64,000 nt of DNA from Phoronis australis (Eukaryota; Animalia; Phoronida), in assembly GCA_002633005.1 (NCBI GenBank), contig NMRA01000268.1, forward strand, positions 449,827-513,826. Reading direction: 5' to 3'. The notes beneath the pieces are model-generated. The model had not been told where the DNA came from and searched no databases. It saw only the letters and a list, made by a program, of their open reading frames with translations. Below are positions 13,482-27,531 of this stretch, one piece after another; positions within the stretch are counted from its first letter, which is position 1, and every line of letters begins with the position of its first letter. The position numbers and the translations under genes are program-made.

Positions 13482-14536
13482 GCTTTAAAAATGCACACTG
13501 TTTCCATTTCATTTTTGTTTAAATATATTATAATACAAAACGTCAATGCAAACCAGATTGGTCAACCCTTATTTTTGGATGGTGGCCTTTGAACACGGAA
13601 AATCCTTTATTTCCAGCAGAAACTTCAGCTATTTGATGTTCAACGAACCAACAGCGACCAGCAAATATATCTGCTAAGACTGAATGAGCAGCAAAGCGCT
13701 TACATATTTACCTATATTTCTTGGCGAAATGGATTTTCCCTACTCTGCTGCTTTGTTGACTGTGTTGTTTTTCTGTGCTTGCACGTAGGGTATAGCTCGT
13801 ATTTTACATCTGATCGACATAGCATGTACACACCATATGTATCTCGTGAAAGTCTCGGACGCAAGTTGAGGTTGGGACGGTCTTTTAATTCTCATTTGCC
13901 AAGCTCTATCTCCGCTGTCTTTTAGGTAGTTTCAATGATGACCTATCTCGATCTATATATTTTAACATTATCATAATCACAGTAGAAGCTTTTTCAGATT
14001 AGTCCGTTTAAAATAAACTATAACCAAAAATAAGCACAAAAGAGAATACTGACTCGTTTTTTATTATTGCTACTAATCTTGGTCATCGCCTACCACTCTG
14101 TACTTATTAAAAGTACTGGCACGAATGCAGTTAACAAGAACGTTCATTACCGGGAACACTTTTAGCTGTCTTGACCTTAGACTGGATAACAAATCGCGAC
14201 TCTTCATCATTTAAATGAACCCTTTTCTTTTTCATCATTCAAGTCCAAGGAATGAGTGTCATTGATCAAAAGGTACGACAAAAATAGAAATAACGGGCGC
14301 GTAGATTTTTGTTTTTTTGTTGTCAAACATATCAAAGCAAAGTTAAGTGTCATTTTACTGTGGCGGCCATATTACTAGTGCGCTACCTCTAAATAATTCA
14401 AAGTGAAACCTAGAAGTTCACTAGTGTTAAATTCTGCTCATTTTGATAATTAACGTAGAAAACAAATCTGAAAATAAACAAGGCAATCCAGATCCTCTCA
14501 AGGATACTATTGTTTATGAAATGTAGAATATATAGA

Positions 14537-14900
14537 TTGAACACGATACGTAAAAACATTTCTGATACTATAGTTAATCATTTCAATTCCAAAAACCATA
14601 ATCTTCAAGATCTTTCTGTGCAAATAATAGAAAACTCCAATACCCCAGTACCACTCATAGACTCAAAAGAGAGCAATTTTGGATAGACAAGCTCAATACA
14701 CTAGAACCTCATGGATTAAACATAAAAACTTCTTAAATTATATCATTAAATTTCTTCCGCAACAATGTGTCATATTCATTACGCTACATCTTAAATGTCA
14801 ATTGTCATATAGTGCTTGATTTTACTTTATTTCTGTTTCTGTTGACGAAGGATGTTATTATATCCGAAAATTTCAGTCGATCCATTCTTCTTGTTTGATT
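14537..14900 (+). mobile_element. Penelope-like retroelement 3' fragment (GIY-YIG C-terminus plus 3' repeat)
   Basis: With one frameshift it translates as NTIRKNISDTIVNHFNSKNHNLQDLSVQIIE..RLKREQFWIDKLNTLEPHGLNIKTS* (stop 14734-14736), the typical Penelope endonuclease ending. Confidence 0.8.
14839..14876 (+). ncRNA. Minimal type-I hammerhead-ribozyme-like motif (C3 to U variant)
   Basis: CTG-TTGACGA-A-GGATG ttatta TATCC-GAAA-A-TTT-CAG gives stem I CTG/CAG, the conserved core, stem II and a palindromic AATT stem III. It lies just 3' of a Penelope ORF end. Confidence 0.55.
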
Positions 14901-16010
14901 TACCTATATATGTTCATTTTGAAAAACGTTAAGTTTTCGTTCATGAAGTTTAAAACTAGAATGACCTGGGAAGTGCATCTTTAGCATTTACATTTTGTAA
15001 ATGGCTAAGACCTTAATTTGATTGGTTGATTTCGTTTAAATCACCAACTGGTTCAACAAAACCCTCTCTAGCACTCTGTTTCAGGAGACCTGACAAATTT
15101 CGTAATGGCAGACAGCACGCCAAATGGAGTTTCTAAAAATGAAGACATTCAACGATGCCATGCTTTTTGCCTTGGTATGTCCACTGAAAAAATACAGAAA
15201 CCAAAAATGACCATCTTGAGCGTTGCCTGAAAGTCTCGGGTGTGTTTTATGATTTGACCTCGAGAGACAGGTCGTTTCGGTCGAGTCTTTCCATCAATTT
15301 TAAATAGCTGGTGGTTTTATTGTCATCATGGAGTTTCATAGACGAGTAAACTGACTCGATCAAAACAATTTACTGATGAATTGTCATTTGTAATTACTGA
15401 CAGGGATAATGACTCTGGCTATTTAGGATGATGGTGGTGTACCACGTGTATCAAAGTAATAATGACACTATGTGCATTGGCACACAAGTCTATATTTTAA
15501 ATATAAAACCAAGAAAATCGGTTAATCATTGAACTAATGAAGCAATTTAATCAGAAGTGACCTCTCAAAAATCACGTAACATACTGTTATGTTGTTCACA
15601 CTGCCGGGTTGAGGTGGTTGTTTTGGCCAAAGGTCAGGTCACGCCTCAAAGCCGTCAAGCATCACTGACAATGAATCAGCTGGTCAGAATCAACGGACAT
15701 ATGTTGGACATTGCTGTATTCAGATGTAGGCTATCTAATTACAAACTGAGACAACTTTGGAATGAAGAAATCAACAAGCATATCAACCTATCGAAACATT
15801 CCCCGAATCGCCTCCTTTCATCCTTTTGATAATTTAATGTTTAAATGGGTGTCCATTTGGAGATTACAATTTTCAAACACAATGTGAGTAAAAACTCCTA
15901 TACTTTGGCTGTAATGCCAGCAAAAAATCAAATATGAAAGCAAACATATCTTCTCTTTCAGAGTTATCCTTATTTAAATTCTGCCTCATAATTTTGAGAA
16001 CATGTTTAAT

Positions 16011-16410
16011 AGCGGAGTTGCAACGCCACCATATTGCAAATGGGTCAGAATGTTGCATTGTGGTTAAGCCGGTAAACAAGTACGTCGGCAAGCGTGGGGG
16101 CGAACCGGCCACAGGGAGGTTATACGTGTTGTGTGCCTGGCATGCTATAATACCAGTTAGCGAGATAAAAAATTTAGTTACTATCTGTTTCCCAAGGATC
16201 AAGAACTGCGTTAAACATGGTCAGAGACATCGGCAGAGCTGTTAGCAAAGGCCGACTTCGTGAATTCTTTCCGACTTCGTAGCATAAAGTATGCAGCGCA
16301 CATTTTGAGGGCGGCATGAAAACGTATCTTGGGAACTGCCCAACAATATCTCCCTTCAAAGAAACAGTAACAAATACTCCACGGCGGTTGATAGTGAAAA
16401 AACCTTGTTT
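16011..16410 (+). mobile_element. Decayed 5' end of a THAP-encoding DNA transposon (ISL2EU/Harbinger-like)
   Basis: AT|AGCGGAGTTGCA terminus. With stops and frameshifts it reads [55 protein letters not shown] (C2CH THAP). Not shown in the ORF track. Confidence 0.7.
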
Positions 16411-17304
16411 TCGCTTGACAAGAACCAAGCCAACATGAGCAATTTTGATTATAACGGCTCTGCACAATCACCTGTTCTGGGCCAACTCACTTAACGTGCG
16501 CACACTATATGCATTAACTCGCTAAGATAAAGCGTGCAGAATATGATTATTTACTTCTACAAAATTGTGGTGCATTGCTATCAAAATTCGTTGTCAAATT
16601 ACGATCATTTTTCATAAAATTGTGTTGAATTCCCAGGGCTAAATCTTGCCGACAAATGCGTAGCTGCCGGTCTCGCAATCGTTGATAGGGCTTGAATTCT
16701 TGAATAAGAATACAGCTCCGACTCAACAAATTACCTGAAATCCTCCTCAAGTTTTCCAAATAGCGTCTCTAAGATTTTTAAGTTCTTGTGGAGTCTAGAT
16801 TAACTGCAGATTAAGTCCAATTCTGCGCTAGATTGTAGCCCGCAACACTAGAAAAATCTTTGGAGGAACACACATGTTGTTGTCACGTGACGTTTGTTTT
16901 GAAGTTTGTATGCGTGTGTGTGAGAGTAACCGTGCGTGTGCTTGTCATCAGAGTTCATTTGCCAGAGTAAATGCGATGTAATGATCTAGGTGTGCATTGT
17001 ATCCAAAGAAATTAATTCAAGCAGTCAAGCAGAGCGTGTTTTAATATTTATCGTAATCTATTTTGCCCGGGGTACGCCACGAGCTATGTTGCAGAGTAAA
17101 ACAAGAGGAGGATTGCGAATATTGTCATTTATTATGACGTAATAGATAAAACTAACTAAGACTCTGCAAGATGGGCATGCAAAAAACGCCCACCGGCGTG
17201 TACAATGAATAGCCCTGCAAGAGGGAACAAAACAAGAAAACTGCCTGAAGGGCTTAAAGGAAAAGTACAGAACATGAAAACAAAACTTGAAAGAAAAAAA
17301 AAAN

Positions 17305-17623
17305 GGGCTACGTGTTGCCTACTAGATGGCTCCGCGTTGGTTTGAATGCGCTAAATCTCCCCTTACTCCCAGCTCTCCTAATGTTGTTTATCCATTTTTC
17401 ACAAAGTTCTTGGTTTGCAGGGAACACATAAAAACTCAGATTTTTATCTCTCTTGTTGTTTTTGAAGCAGCCAGGAACACAACAAGTGTATCCGCCGTAA
17501 GTTTTCTTCGCGCTCATACCGCGTATTATGCTTGATACTATGGCCGCTTTCGGAATCCTGACCACAGCACCCACAATGCACCATTTTAACCTAATTTCAA
17601 TATGGCGTCGCTGCAAATCCGCT
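17305..17623 (-). mobile_element. 5' end of a related THAP-encoding DNA transposon, truncated at an n
   Basis: AT|AGCGGATTTGCA terminus. Reads [48 protein letters not shown]...HLV. Confidence 0.7.
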
Positions 17624-20600
17624 ATTTGCCACATTTTGTTGACTGAAAACTAAAATCGAAGTGTGCCTTTTAATCACGGTCTCACGATAGTCCTTACTTT
17701 GACAAGATTTAGTCTATTTACGTTGCCAACAACAGTATCGAAACCATGAGCAACTCAAGAAAACTCTTCAAGGTTTATTGGGGTTGCCCAACCCTAAAAT
17801 TGCGATTTGAAAAAAGTGCACACGCGCATTGCCTGCTACTTGAGTTGCTGTTTCATTTGACAACAATTCAGGATCAGATGAGCCCCAGGCTGCACGGTAT
17901 TGTTTGTTTATAAAAACAACACTGACAGATAAACAGCGGTGAACTTAAGCTTTAAGTTCCAACTTGCTTCGTACGAGGTATGTTTCACAGACGTCCTGTT
18001 AAATGAATTAAATGTTGCCATTTTGTAATTATGCACAGAGGGCTTACTTTATCTTGACTGAAGCGAGACGTGTGGCATTTTTCATATATTGACTTGATGA
18101 AAATATGTGTATTTTTATCAATAAAATTTAAATGGTGGTCAGTAATGTTGTTACTCCATAATGTTGCATGCAACTATAATAACTTGATGTATTACTATTT
18201 CAAACAATGGTACTTGCAATACCATCGTTCATAAATCTATCATGGATTTAGTACATGTGCGTGCCCGGCTATGTATTGTTAAAGTGGCAGCTACATGACT
18301 GAACTTTATTTAACAATCAGGACCAGTCTTCGATAGATATGAATAACACTTCAGCAAAAAATTTCATTTCATTCTTGGACATGTGACTCGCAGGGCATTC
18401 GATTATAATTTTGAGGGCGGGTTTCAGAATACCCAACCCATGAGCCTGTTTTTAGTGCAGGAAGCTACGATGAACAAGTCACCCCCTTTTGTATACGTAG
18501 AGTTTCATTTGCACCAGACTATAGATGACATTAAATCCCTTTGTAGAGTTTGGAATTCCCAAAGTAGAAACCGATTGATTTTACACTGGTAAAGACACCC
18601 TTTCGCACGGAATTTGCAAATGACACCCTTTTGTAGAGAATCTGGTGGTAAAAAAAATTCACCCATCAGAGCAGAAGATCCCTCTTCTTGTGATTATTCC
18701 ATTTGCGAGTATCTTAATTCTAATCAGGCAAAGTGAATTCTTTCCTGCGAATCTGTTACGAATCACACGATTAAACGCCGACGCAAACTCGACTGAAACC
18801 ACTAAGTCAAGACTAGTCAACAGGTCACTTTGAAAGTGATTAGGATTCACTCCATGAGAAAGTCAGGCAGATGCGGGAACATGACACGTCACGGATTTTT
18901 TTGAAATATAGCTTAGTTTTACTCTTAGGTGGAATGGTCAACACCTAAAATAATTTTATCTAAAATATCTATCTTCTTCACAGAAAACTAACCTCTCGAA
19001 TTTTTTGGTTAGTTTATGGCTTTGGAAACCATCAAATTTTAGAATTTTTGTTGCATCAAGACAAATTAACAGAAACTAAGAATGACATGCTGCATAAACA
19101 CAACTTCTGTCTACATGAAAATGTAAAACTCATAGTTCAAACGTATTCGCAAATTATCTATTTTTGTTACTTATTCAACCCACCTGAGTCAAGCTTTGTA
19201 ACTGGTGGAAATGCCCTTTATTCTATCGTTATTTCTTTTACCGCGCAAAAACACTCAGAAAAGTAACATACTACATGTGAAAGCTGAGCCTTTGTAGAGT
19301 ACATGTCTATTAAACATTCGTGGACAGCGACCTGTGTGTCCTGCATGCTTTGATTGAAACCACCCACTTTGCAGATATCGGTCGTCCTGTTCGCTTTTAC
19401 TGTCACACTCCCATTAACAAACCAACAAAGTTCTAAAGACTTATGAGTAACAAAAAACGATGTCAACAAGATCGTTAAGATTTTTCAAAGCTCTAAGTCT
19501 GAATTACATTAAAATTCTTGCGGCTAGTAATCAGAACTTTTCAATTAAAGCTAAAATTACGGCCTCAAAACGATGGCAATTGTCGGTCCTGTAATGTCTG
19601 CTTGACGTCTAGTAACGTAAAATAGTTTCGAAAAAATAGGAGAGTATATTAACACGAGGCAAGCCAAAAATCATACTTGATTGAACGGTTCTATCTAACC
19701 ATACCTTTTAAGTACTGAAAACCCAAGAGGAGCACTGATCCTGTAAAGGTGAAAATCTTCCGGTAGTAATTTTTCTGCTGCTCATCAGATAGCGCACCGG
19801 TTTACCGAGTCGGGAAAATGAACCTTCTGTTGAACAAGTTGTACTCATTACGCAGTGCCAAGTCAATATTAAGTTAGGGCGCGCCCAAGCCTGTAACTTT
19901 GAGAAATCCTACATTTTGGCACGGAAAACATATATTGGGTATGACTATTTCTATAGGAGTGTTTTCGGCAACCTCTGCTCAACAGTTCTTGAAGCAACGT
20001 TTCAGCCAGTTGTATTTACAATTATCACAGGGAGTTCCATTTTAGTGATGACGATTGCAAAGTAAAGGACTGAAACGTAGACTCGATGAAGCATTGTAGG
20101 TTCAGGTGAGAATGGACCAGAAGATTCCAACCGTGATTATAGAACATCCCTAACACAATATGAATTCGAGATGTACAATACTACATAGGGCTACGAATGT
20201 CACTGGTTAATCTGGGCATCAGATGTAAATCACTAGCAGATCCAGAATTTCAAAAGGGGCAATTGCAGTGGTGCTATGAATTTGAAATACAGACAGACTA
20301 CGAAATTGTTAAATTATTTTACGTAAGGTATCGGTGATTTTAAGTTCTTTATTATCTAATACTCATGGAAACTCTGACTTGCAACACATAGAAAAACACA
20401 TCAGTGCAGTATTTATTACACAGGAAAATTATACAACGCAGCCTTTGGTCATGGTTGACATCGAGCTAATGGATAGGACACTTTAGTTTCCCACCTGTAA
20501 ATTGATTATAGTGCATATGTGTATTATACAAGTGTGGGTGTTAAAGCTAGTTGTGAACGTTAAGTTTTTTGTATCGAGCTCTTTGACCAAAAGAAGTAAA

Positions 20601-21271
20601 AATGAAACCATAGTCTACATCACACTGCAATTTTTTGTCAACACCATACAAAAAGCAGGAAAAACGGAAAGTGCCCAAGATTGCATCTCTGTCAGAATGA
20701 TTTCAGGGATGTTAATAATATGTAATATATAAAATAAAAAACTCTAGGTGGTGCAACATACATTATATTCATCTGAAACAACACTGTCACATTCTTGCCC
20801 AATTCCATACATCAAGATACTTGGTTGATACAGAACCGCTATAGGACGCCACAGCACTCAGACATGTCCTAAAATTTATGCCGGGCATGCTCTCCTCAGT
20901 AATGTAACACATACATCAAATTGCACCCAGATTCATCAACAGAACTTTGTAAATATTGCGGTGCAGATAGACAAACAAATTGCCACTCCAGGCGCTTCGG
21001 TGATTGCACCCATCAGAAAAACCTGTCAGTCGTGATCATTTCAATAGGAACACATGAGCAAAATTTCAGAACTATCCTCCAAGCAATTTCAAGGACAGAG
21101 AGGCTGCTGCCAAAATGATATTTAGTGACACAGAAATTTCAAATCCAGCCAAAACTAACAGTTTCTTCTCGTTTCCTCAACAGAAACAAATATACCATTT
21201 TTCACGAAAATACATCAAGAAACTTGGTAGATATAGAGGCATACATAAAGAAAACCTAAACTGCCATTGAG

Positions 21272-21427
21272 CAGTGTTGTGGTGACGCGTAGGCACAGGT
21301 AGGCGCAACCAACCACCTTTTGGCATTTGAACGTAGTGCCTACTCACCATAAGTTACGTTCTGTGATCAAGGTGATACGGTGGGCTTTGGGCGCCTACTT
21401 ACCTTTAATTTTACCCCCACAGCACTG
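21272..21427. mobile_element. hAT-like MITE
   Basis: TIRs CAGTGTTGTGG / CCACAGCACTG. Flanks CCATTGAG and CCATTATA resemble an eroded 8-bp TSD. Confidence 0.55.
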
Positions 21428-22103
21428 CCATTATAGGGCACCATAGGAAATCGTCCAATCAACAATCCGTTTCAGTGGTGCTCATCTCAATGGCAACATT
21501 TCTGTACAGATTACATAGGTACGCCAGGAAGTAGGAAAACGGGGCTGTCTCCATAACTGAAACTTATTTGCGAAATTTGATAAAAATCAGCCAAGGAACT
21601 TGCTAGATAAAGAGACTAACATGAAGAAGTAAAGTTGCCACCAGGGGCCCAGTGGTAGTCAAATACATCCCAAAATTCTCTTGTGTCATCTCATTTCTAA
21701 AATTTCACATTCACCAAGGATTTGGAGATGCAGCAGCAGATGCCAGACAAAAAGACCGGGATGACAGCATAATGGGCCTACACACCCATGGATGCTTGCA
21801 TGCATGCAGTCATACAGATCAAGGCAAAAGTAATCAGACAATATAAATCTTTGCCCGCTTGACGGCTAGTCCTGTTAATGCAAAATGACTGGTAATAACT
21901 ATTATGACGGCTAATAACAGAATGTCTTAGCCATCTTATGAACTTTCCTGTTTCCCTTCACTTTCAATCACGAAGGAAGACCGCTTTGACCACGAATTCT
22001 ACTTTTGTCCTAGCTGTCATGGAAAGGAATTCCGGGTTATTTTGTCAGGATAGGTTTGGCTTGCATTGTATATTAATGTATACAAATAACCTGGAAACGA
22101 CAG

Positions 22104-24000
22104 TTAAGGGGACACTCTTGGCGTGAGAAGTAATTTCACAGAAAATATCATGGAATCAAACTCACTAGCAACATTATTTCATAGCAATAGACACACCATA
22201 AGGTGCACAACAAGAATACAGTAACACTGATGATTACGATCTACATAGATACTGCTCAAGATATTCAAACAACAGTTCTATGATTGTGTCCTGAGGTTCT
22301 CGTTTGTTGAGAACACCTCACTGGATCGCTTTTTGACCAGTTTTCATGCCTTCATTGAACGCATCAGTCAAAAACATCTTTACGCTTTCAGTCATTAATT
22401 AAGACCTTTGTGCTGACTTCAGAGCCCACCCCATTATGCTGTATGACACTCCTGCTGTTTGGGTACTAGCTGCCTGCATTTTTACACCTGTAATTATAAA
22501 ACTCAATAAGATAGTATATGTTATCTAGGCCACTGGCAGGCTACCAGAACAACAATTGTCAAACAATCGTAAACACCACTCCCACACCTAATTGTAAACT
22601 GATCCCTGTTCACACAAATCAAACACAGCTTTTGCAACCAATAATCAGTTCAAAAACTCACGTGATTAAGAATCATGTGCATGACTCAGGGAAGAGTGTG
22701 TGAGGAGTGTTTAAAGGTAACAAAGCTGGATGCAACACCAGGAGCCATGCTTTTTGAATGGGTAGCCATGTTTTGTGTATTCACAAAATTGGCTTACAAA
22801 ATCTAAATGCTGTGGTCATAAGTGAGAGAGTTGTGCTGTTTGAGTGGTCTGATTGATACATTAATCCACGTCAAAAAAATCCAGCCTAAATTTGTGCAAA
22901 TGTCCAAACCATGGCTGCATAGCCTGTTGTGTAGCATGTTCCACAACAGCTTCGCGTTTCCATGTTGACTCTTAAGTCAACTTGGAACAGTCAGTGACTA
23001 CAATGCACAACAAAGGTTATATGTCCAACTTATGTATTTTTGATGCCAAATTGAGTTCAAAGAGCATGCTGTTAGACCATGAACTTCACATTCTATACCA
23101 GTGTCTTTGGCAGTCCACTTTCTCCCCACATCAGCGATGATCTTCAAGTGCTGTTGGCTGTTTATCATGCCAGCCCATGCTAACTTGCTGCTTGAGTTCG
23201 TTTCGAAAGACAAAAGTGATGTTACAGCCATCTTTTGGACACAGGAATATCTTCGTCTTTCGATTGCTGAAACTAATGAAAGGTCACAATTAGGATGCAA
23301 CATGACATTCCTCAACCACTAGTTCCACTGGTTTGCAATCAGAAGCAGAATTCTCCAAAACCACCCCATCTCCGATCCCATATGCAAGCAACCACTTTTC
23401 TTGTTGAAATTGGTAACTTAGTTGTAAGCATTAGAACACAGGTCCTTTTTAAAAACCAAGCTATGAAAGAATATTCCATTCCATCAAATATTTAACTTTT
23501 GTTTCAGACCACATACACAGTTGAAACTAGCTCTCAGATGGTATGACTAATCACAGTGAGATTTCTGAGAAAAATCAGTCTGTGCAATTGCATACAGCCC
23601 ATACTATGAATTTTTACGTAACTCACCTTCAAATGAGAAGTTATTAAGTTGACGAAGTCCTGGGATTGAGTGGTGAACACCCTTTGCATTCCTGAGGCTG
23701 CAAACGTATACCTTTGTCCTTGGACTTGGCTTACAACCTGGATACTGCCACATACGGTGCTTTGGACAGACGATCTTTTGTTCTAATAGGCTGACCAGTT
23801 CCTTTGTCTCTCACACTCCCATTCGTGCCAGATTGCCAATCAACTCCCGTTCTTCCAAGTGATCTAGTGCGTTTGGTATTTGACAATATCTTTGTTGTAA
23901 GTAACACAGTGGCTCGCTGGCTTTGCCATTTTCCTTCAGAGCGCGACCTATTTTCGTGAACCTCATTCCGTTTCTTAGCTAAATATCAATAACGCAATAT
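22104..24000 (-). mobile_element. Highly decayed DNA-transposon remnant, family uncertain
   Basis: Minus-strand remnants EERELIGNLAR..IVCPKHRMW (about 23750-23860) and GWALKSAQRS*LMTESVKMFLTDAFNEGMKTGQK (22330-22431) resemble the ends of large invertebrate transposase-like proteins. TTAAGGGGACAC at 22104 is a possible terminus. Confidence 0.4.
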
Positions 24001-25152
24001 TTCGCTAAAAGAACGCTCAAAGCAATTCTGGTTATCTTGAATAAAATTTAATATGATTTTTTATTACGATTTACTTCCAATTTGGATCATATTTTTATAT
24101 TTTCTGCTTTGCCGCTCTCTAAATGGTAGCAATATGAAACAGGTAAAAGTGGTGAAACTGCCTTCGTGTAAATTCGAGAATTAAAAAAGGTGCTTTCCAC
24201 GGAAATAACGATATCTTATCAAAGACGAGAGCTGTAGCTATCACAGAACTCATGTGTGGGTGGTGTGTGCGTTTTTGCGCGCTTGAATTACATAGGTCTC
24301 TATATAGGTCTTAATTGGTAGCTGTTTTGGCCCGTGGAGGCAAGGCATTCAAAAGTTCCTTAAAAATATCAATATACTTCATTCTGAATTATTTTTGGCA
24401 TTCTCAATTACAAAAAGGATGGTTGGTTATGAATCAATCAAATTTTTATTTTTTAAATGCCCGAAAAGTGGTTTAATTCCCATGGAAAGAAGGGCATTTT
24501 CAACAGTCGCGCATAAGGGGTTAAGCCATTTTTTCACCTATTTAGTTATTCGTTATATATTTACAAAGTGACGAAAGACAAAACTAATTTTTATTTTTTT
24601 GTAGCTAATTCACCCCAAGTGAGTGTTGGGGGGGGGCTCAAATTTCAAGTGTCAAATTCGGAACACGGCGCATTCGTAACGGAAATATGGCTAAGTATAG
24701 GCTCTCCCGCGATATCCCAGGCGAACGGCAGTGGCGCTGCGCACTACGACTCCGTTTCCGTCGCCTGCTCCACTGTGCATTGAAGAACATTTACTTTATT
24801 TTTTAAAGAAAATGGAACCTGAGTGACGATGAAAAAACAGAAGCTGATGGTAAGATGTGAATTTTAATCAAAGCCTTAGTGAATCACTCAGAAACTCGCA
24901 ATACTCTCTTTGTCAAACCTTATCTTAAGACGATTTCCAAAGCAATCCAGTCATTATTGCCAACAAGAAAAACGGATTTGGTCTTTTGGGCATTTGAAGA
25001 CTATTTCAAATACGACAAATTTTGGTTTGCCCCCCTCCCGACCTCCCCCCATTCGGGGCTCTGCGCATCTGCAATCGTGGTTCAGTTTGCGCAAATGCTT
25101 ACAGCCGGACAAAATGTTGGCCCCCCTTTGTGATATCCTAGATCCGCCACTG

Positions 25153-25154
<2 letters not shown>

Positions 25155-25204
<50 letters not shown>

Positions 25205-25273
25205 TACATATATACATATATACATATATACATATATACATATACATATACATATACATATATATATATATAT
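25155..25273. repeat. (TA)n / (TATACA)n microsatellite
   Basis: Direct reading. It abuts a GATCCGCCACTG MITE end at about 25141-25152. Confidence 0.97.
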
Positions 25274-26199
25274 GTCTTGTTCCCATAATATTGCAAATTG
25301 CCTGACGTTCTCATGCAGTGACTCTTAAAACCGCACTTTACCTTGTTTTTTCAAATGACAACATTTTCGGCATCAGGAAACCTTTTATAACAATGCATAC
25401 ATATCACAACCGTGAATGCAATATCTCGAAAACAAGAGCTAAAGCGACTTTAATTGAACTTTTCGTAACTCCACGGACATGTTTGACGTATAGAATCACT
25501 CAACGTGTGTCAGGTCTACCAACACCTGATTTTTTGGGTATACAACTTGTGCCATAGCTGCGCTTTTCTATGTCCCGCGGGAAATTGAAGAGTAGCAGCG
25601 TGTTCAAATGCTAAGTTGTGACTACCGCCACAAACGCAATCATATGCCTCACCACTTCTTATACAACGAACTACGGGGAAAACGAGCAGTATATGTAATG
25701 ACTTTTTGAGGATGGCTAATATGCTTAGCCAGCCAGCTAGCTGTATAAAGACTATCGTCAAAATACTTAGTATACAGCTTTGTACCAAGGCTAACTGTGA
25801 TTAGTTGTCCACACTCTAAACCATATAGTGTTGGCAGGTGTTCTAATTTGACAGCTGATCGCCTGATAAGGTTATTATTTGATGTTCTGGAGATTGAATT
25901 GGTAACTTTAAGTATTTCAATGGTATCTGATTTATTTTTGTAAAGACGACGTCTACAATTCGTAATATTTTTACACGTCAATATTCGCAATACATTTTTG
26001 AAATTCAATCGTAGTCATGTTTCAGTCGTGCGATTCGCTTGAATCAAATCACACGACCATCCATCTGTCATACCCGGGCCACAAATTTGACCTCGCAACT
26101 TGCGAATTCCACGTATACTCTGAAAGTTTGTGGAATAGTTTTGATAGTACCTGCGATCGTCATGAATGAGCAACCAACCCTTTCCCAATCAATGCGTGT

Positions 26200-26840
26200 G
26201 AGATTGATTATTTCTTGAGAGAAGACTGATTATTTCTTGAGAGAAGACCAGAAATATTATCGCAAGAGACCCACTGTTTGCAATATCTAAAAATGAAATT
26301 CCTTTCATCTTCATCTGAAGGCCGAGAGAAGCAGGGATGATGGTCCAGTCGCCTCGAAACAAAACATAGCCTTCGACTAGTAGCTCGCAAAAGCACCAAA
26401 CGTACGATCGGCTGTGCTGCTTCGCTGAGGTGGGAAGGCCAAATGTTTAGGATTTCAAGAAGTTGAGACATTCATCACTGACGATCAGATCTGATGTAAT
26501 TCGAGTATGAGTGAGATCACCTTCACTGTGTCTGAAGGTGGTAGGGAGAACAATGCTTATGCTGCTGAAATGGGCTTGCCAGGTGTGTGAATGCATTGGA
26601 AAATGTACTTAAGCGTGGGCAGTGGGAGAGTGTGAAGTCGTGATGTTGCACTTGATACGGCTTTGGACTTGATGGCATCATAGGGCTTGAGGTTTGTGAC
26701 TTTTCTACCATAAGTGAAGTAGTGGATATTTTCGAGTTAAAATATGACAACTCATTGTCTTTTCTCGATCTGTGCATGTCTTGGTTCAGTGCGAGAGTGC
26801 GACTTACATAGGCCATGGACTACCGATTTCGGATCATGCA
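26200..26840 (-). mobile_element. Gypsy-like LTR retrotransposon pol remnants
   Basis: MAYVSRTL (resembles RNase H-like PxAYxSRxL) and HKHCSPYHLQT (resembles integrase SPYHPQx), heavily deleted. Confidence 0.4.
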
Positions 26841-27531
26841 GGATCCTAGGCCGTAGTCGCATTGCCATCGTTTTCCTATAGCTCGCTGCGTGGATCATGT
26901 AGTGCAAGAACTGAGAATTCAGTGCCTAGTTTCTTGAGGGAGACTTCGCTGTTTCTTGACCATCCAACAAGGTCTAAGTACCAGACTTCCTGCGTCATGT
27001 TGAGCTTCATCGGGACCATGAGTGACGGTCTGCGGAACACATGACAATGGAAATGTCGGTGGTTTTGTCCAACATTGCAGAGGAAACAGATAAAGCAAAA
27101 GCCACAATGTTCCATTTGTTAATAAATTAATCAATCAATAATCATGTATTTTAGTGACCTGTAGCATTTGCTACTCAGCCACTGCTTGCGCTTATTAGAC
27201 ACCTTTTCCAAAAACCGTACAAAATAGACAACACATGCATTTATTTACTATACAATGACAAAAAAAATTAATCCAGCCTCCTCAACAGGTATTAATAGTA
27301 AGCAACAGCTCTTTTCGCCTTAGAAATGCGTTATAAATAACGAATTTACTCAAGGGGTATTAGTCATCAAGAAAACAAACTCATTCTGACTTCCTAGCTC
27401 ACCAAAGGAGAGGCAGACCAACTGATCTCTGCAAATAACGCTGTTCAGTGTAACGATCGCAAGAGCAAAGGAAATATATTTCATCCTTTACGCATGGGAC
27501 AGTACAAAACTCACACAAACGCTCCTCAATA

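Noticed and set aside
24910-25305. IY/YM-repeat ORFs on both strands
   Set aside because: These are translations of the TA microsatellite.
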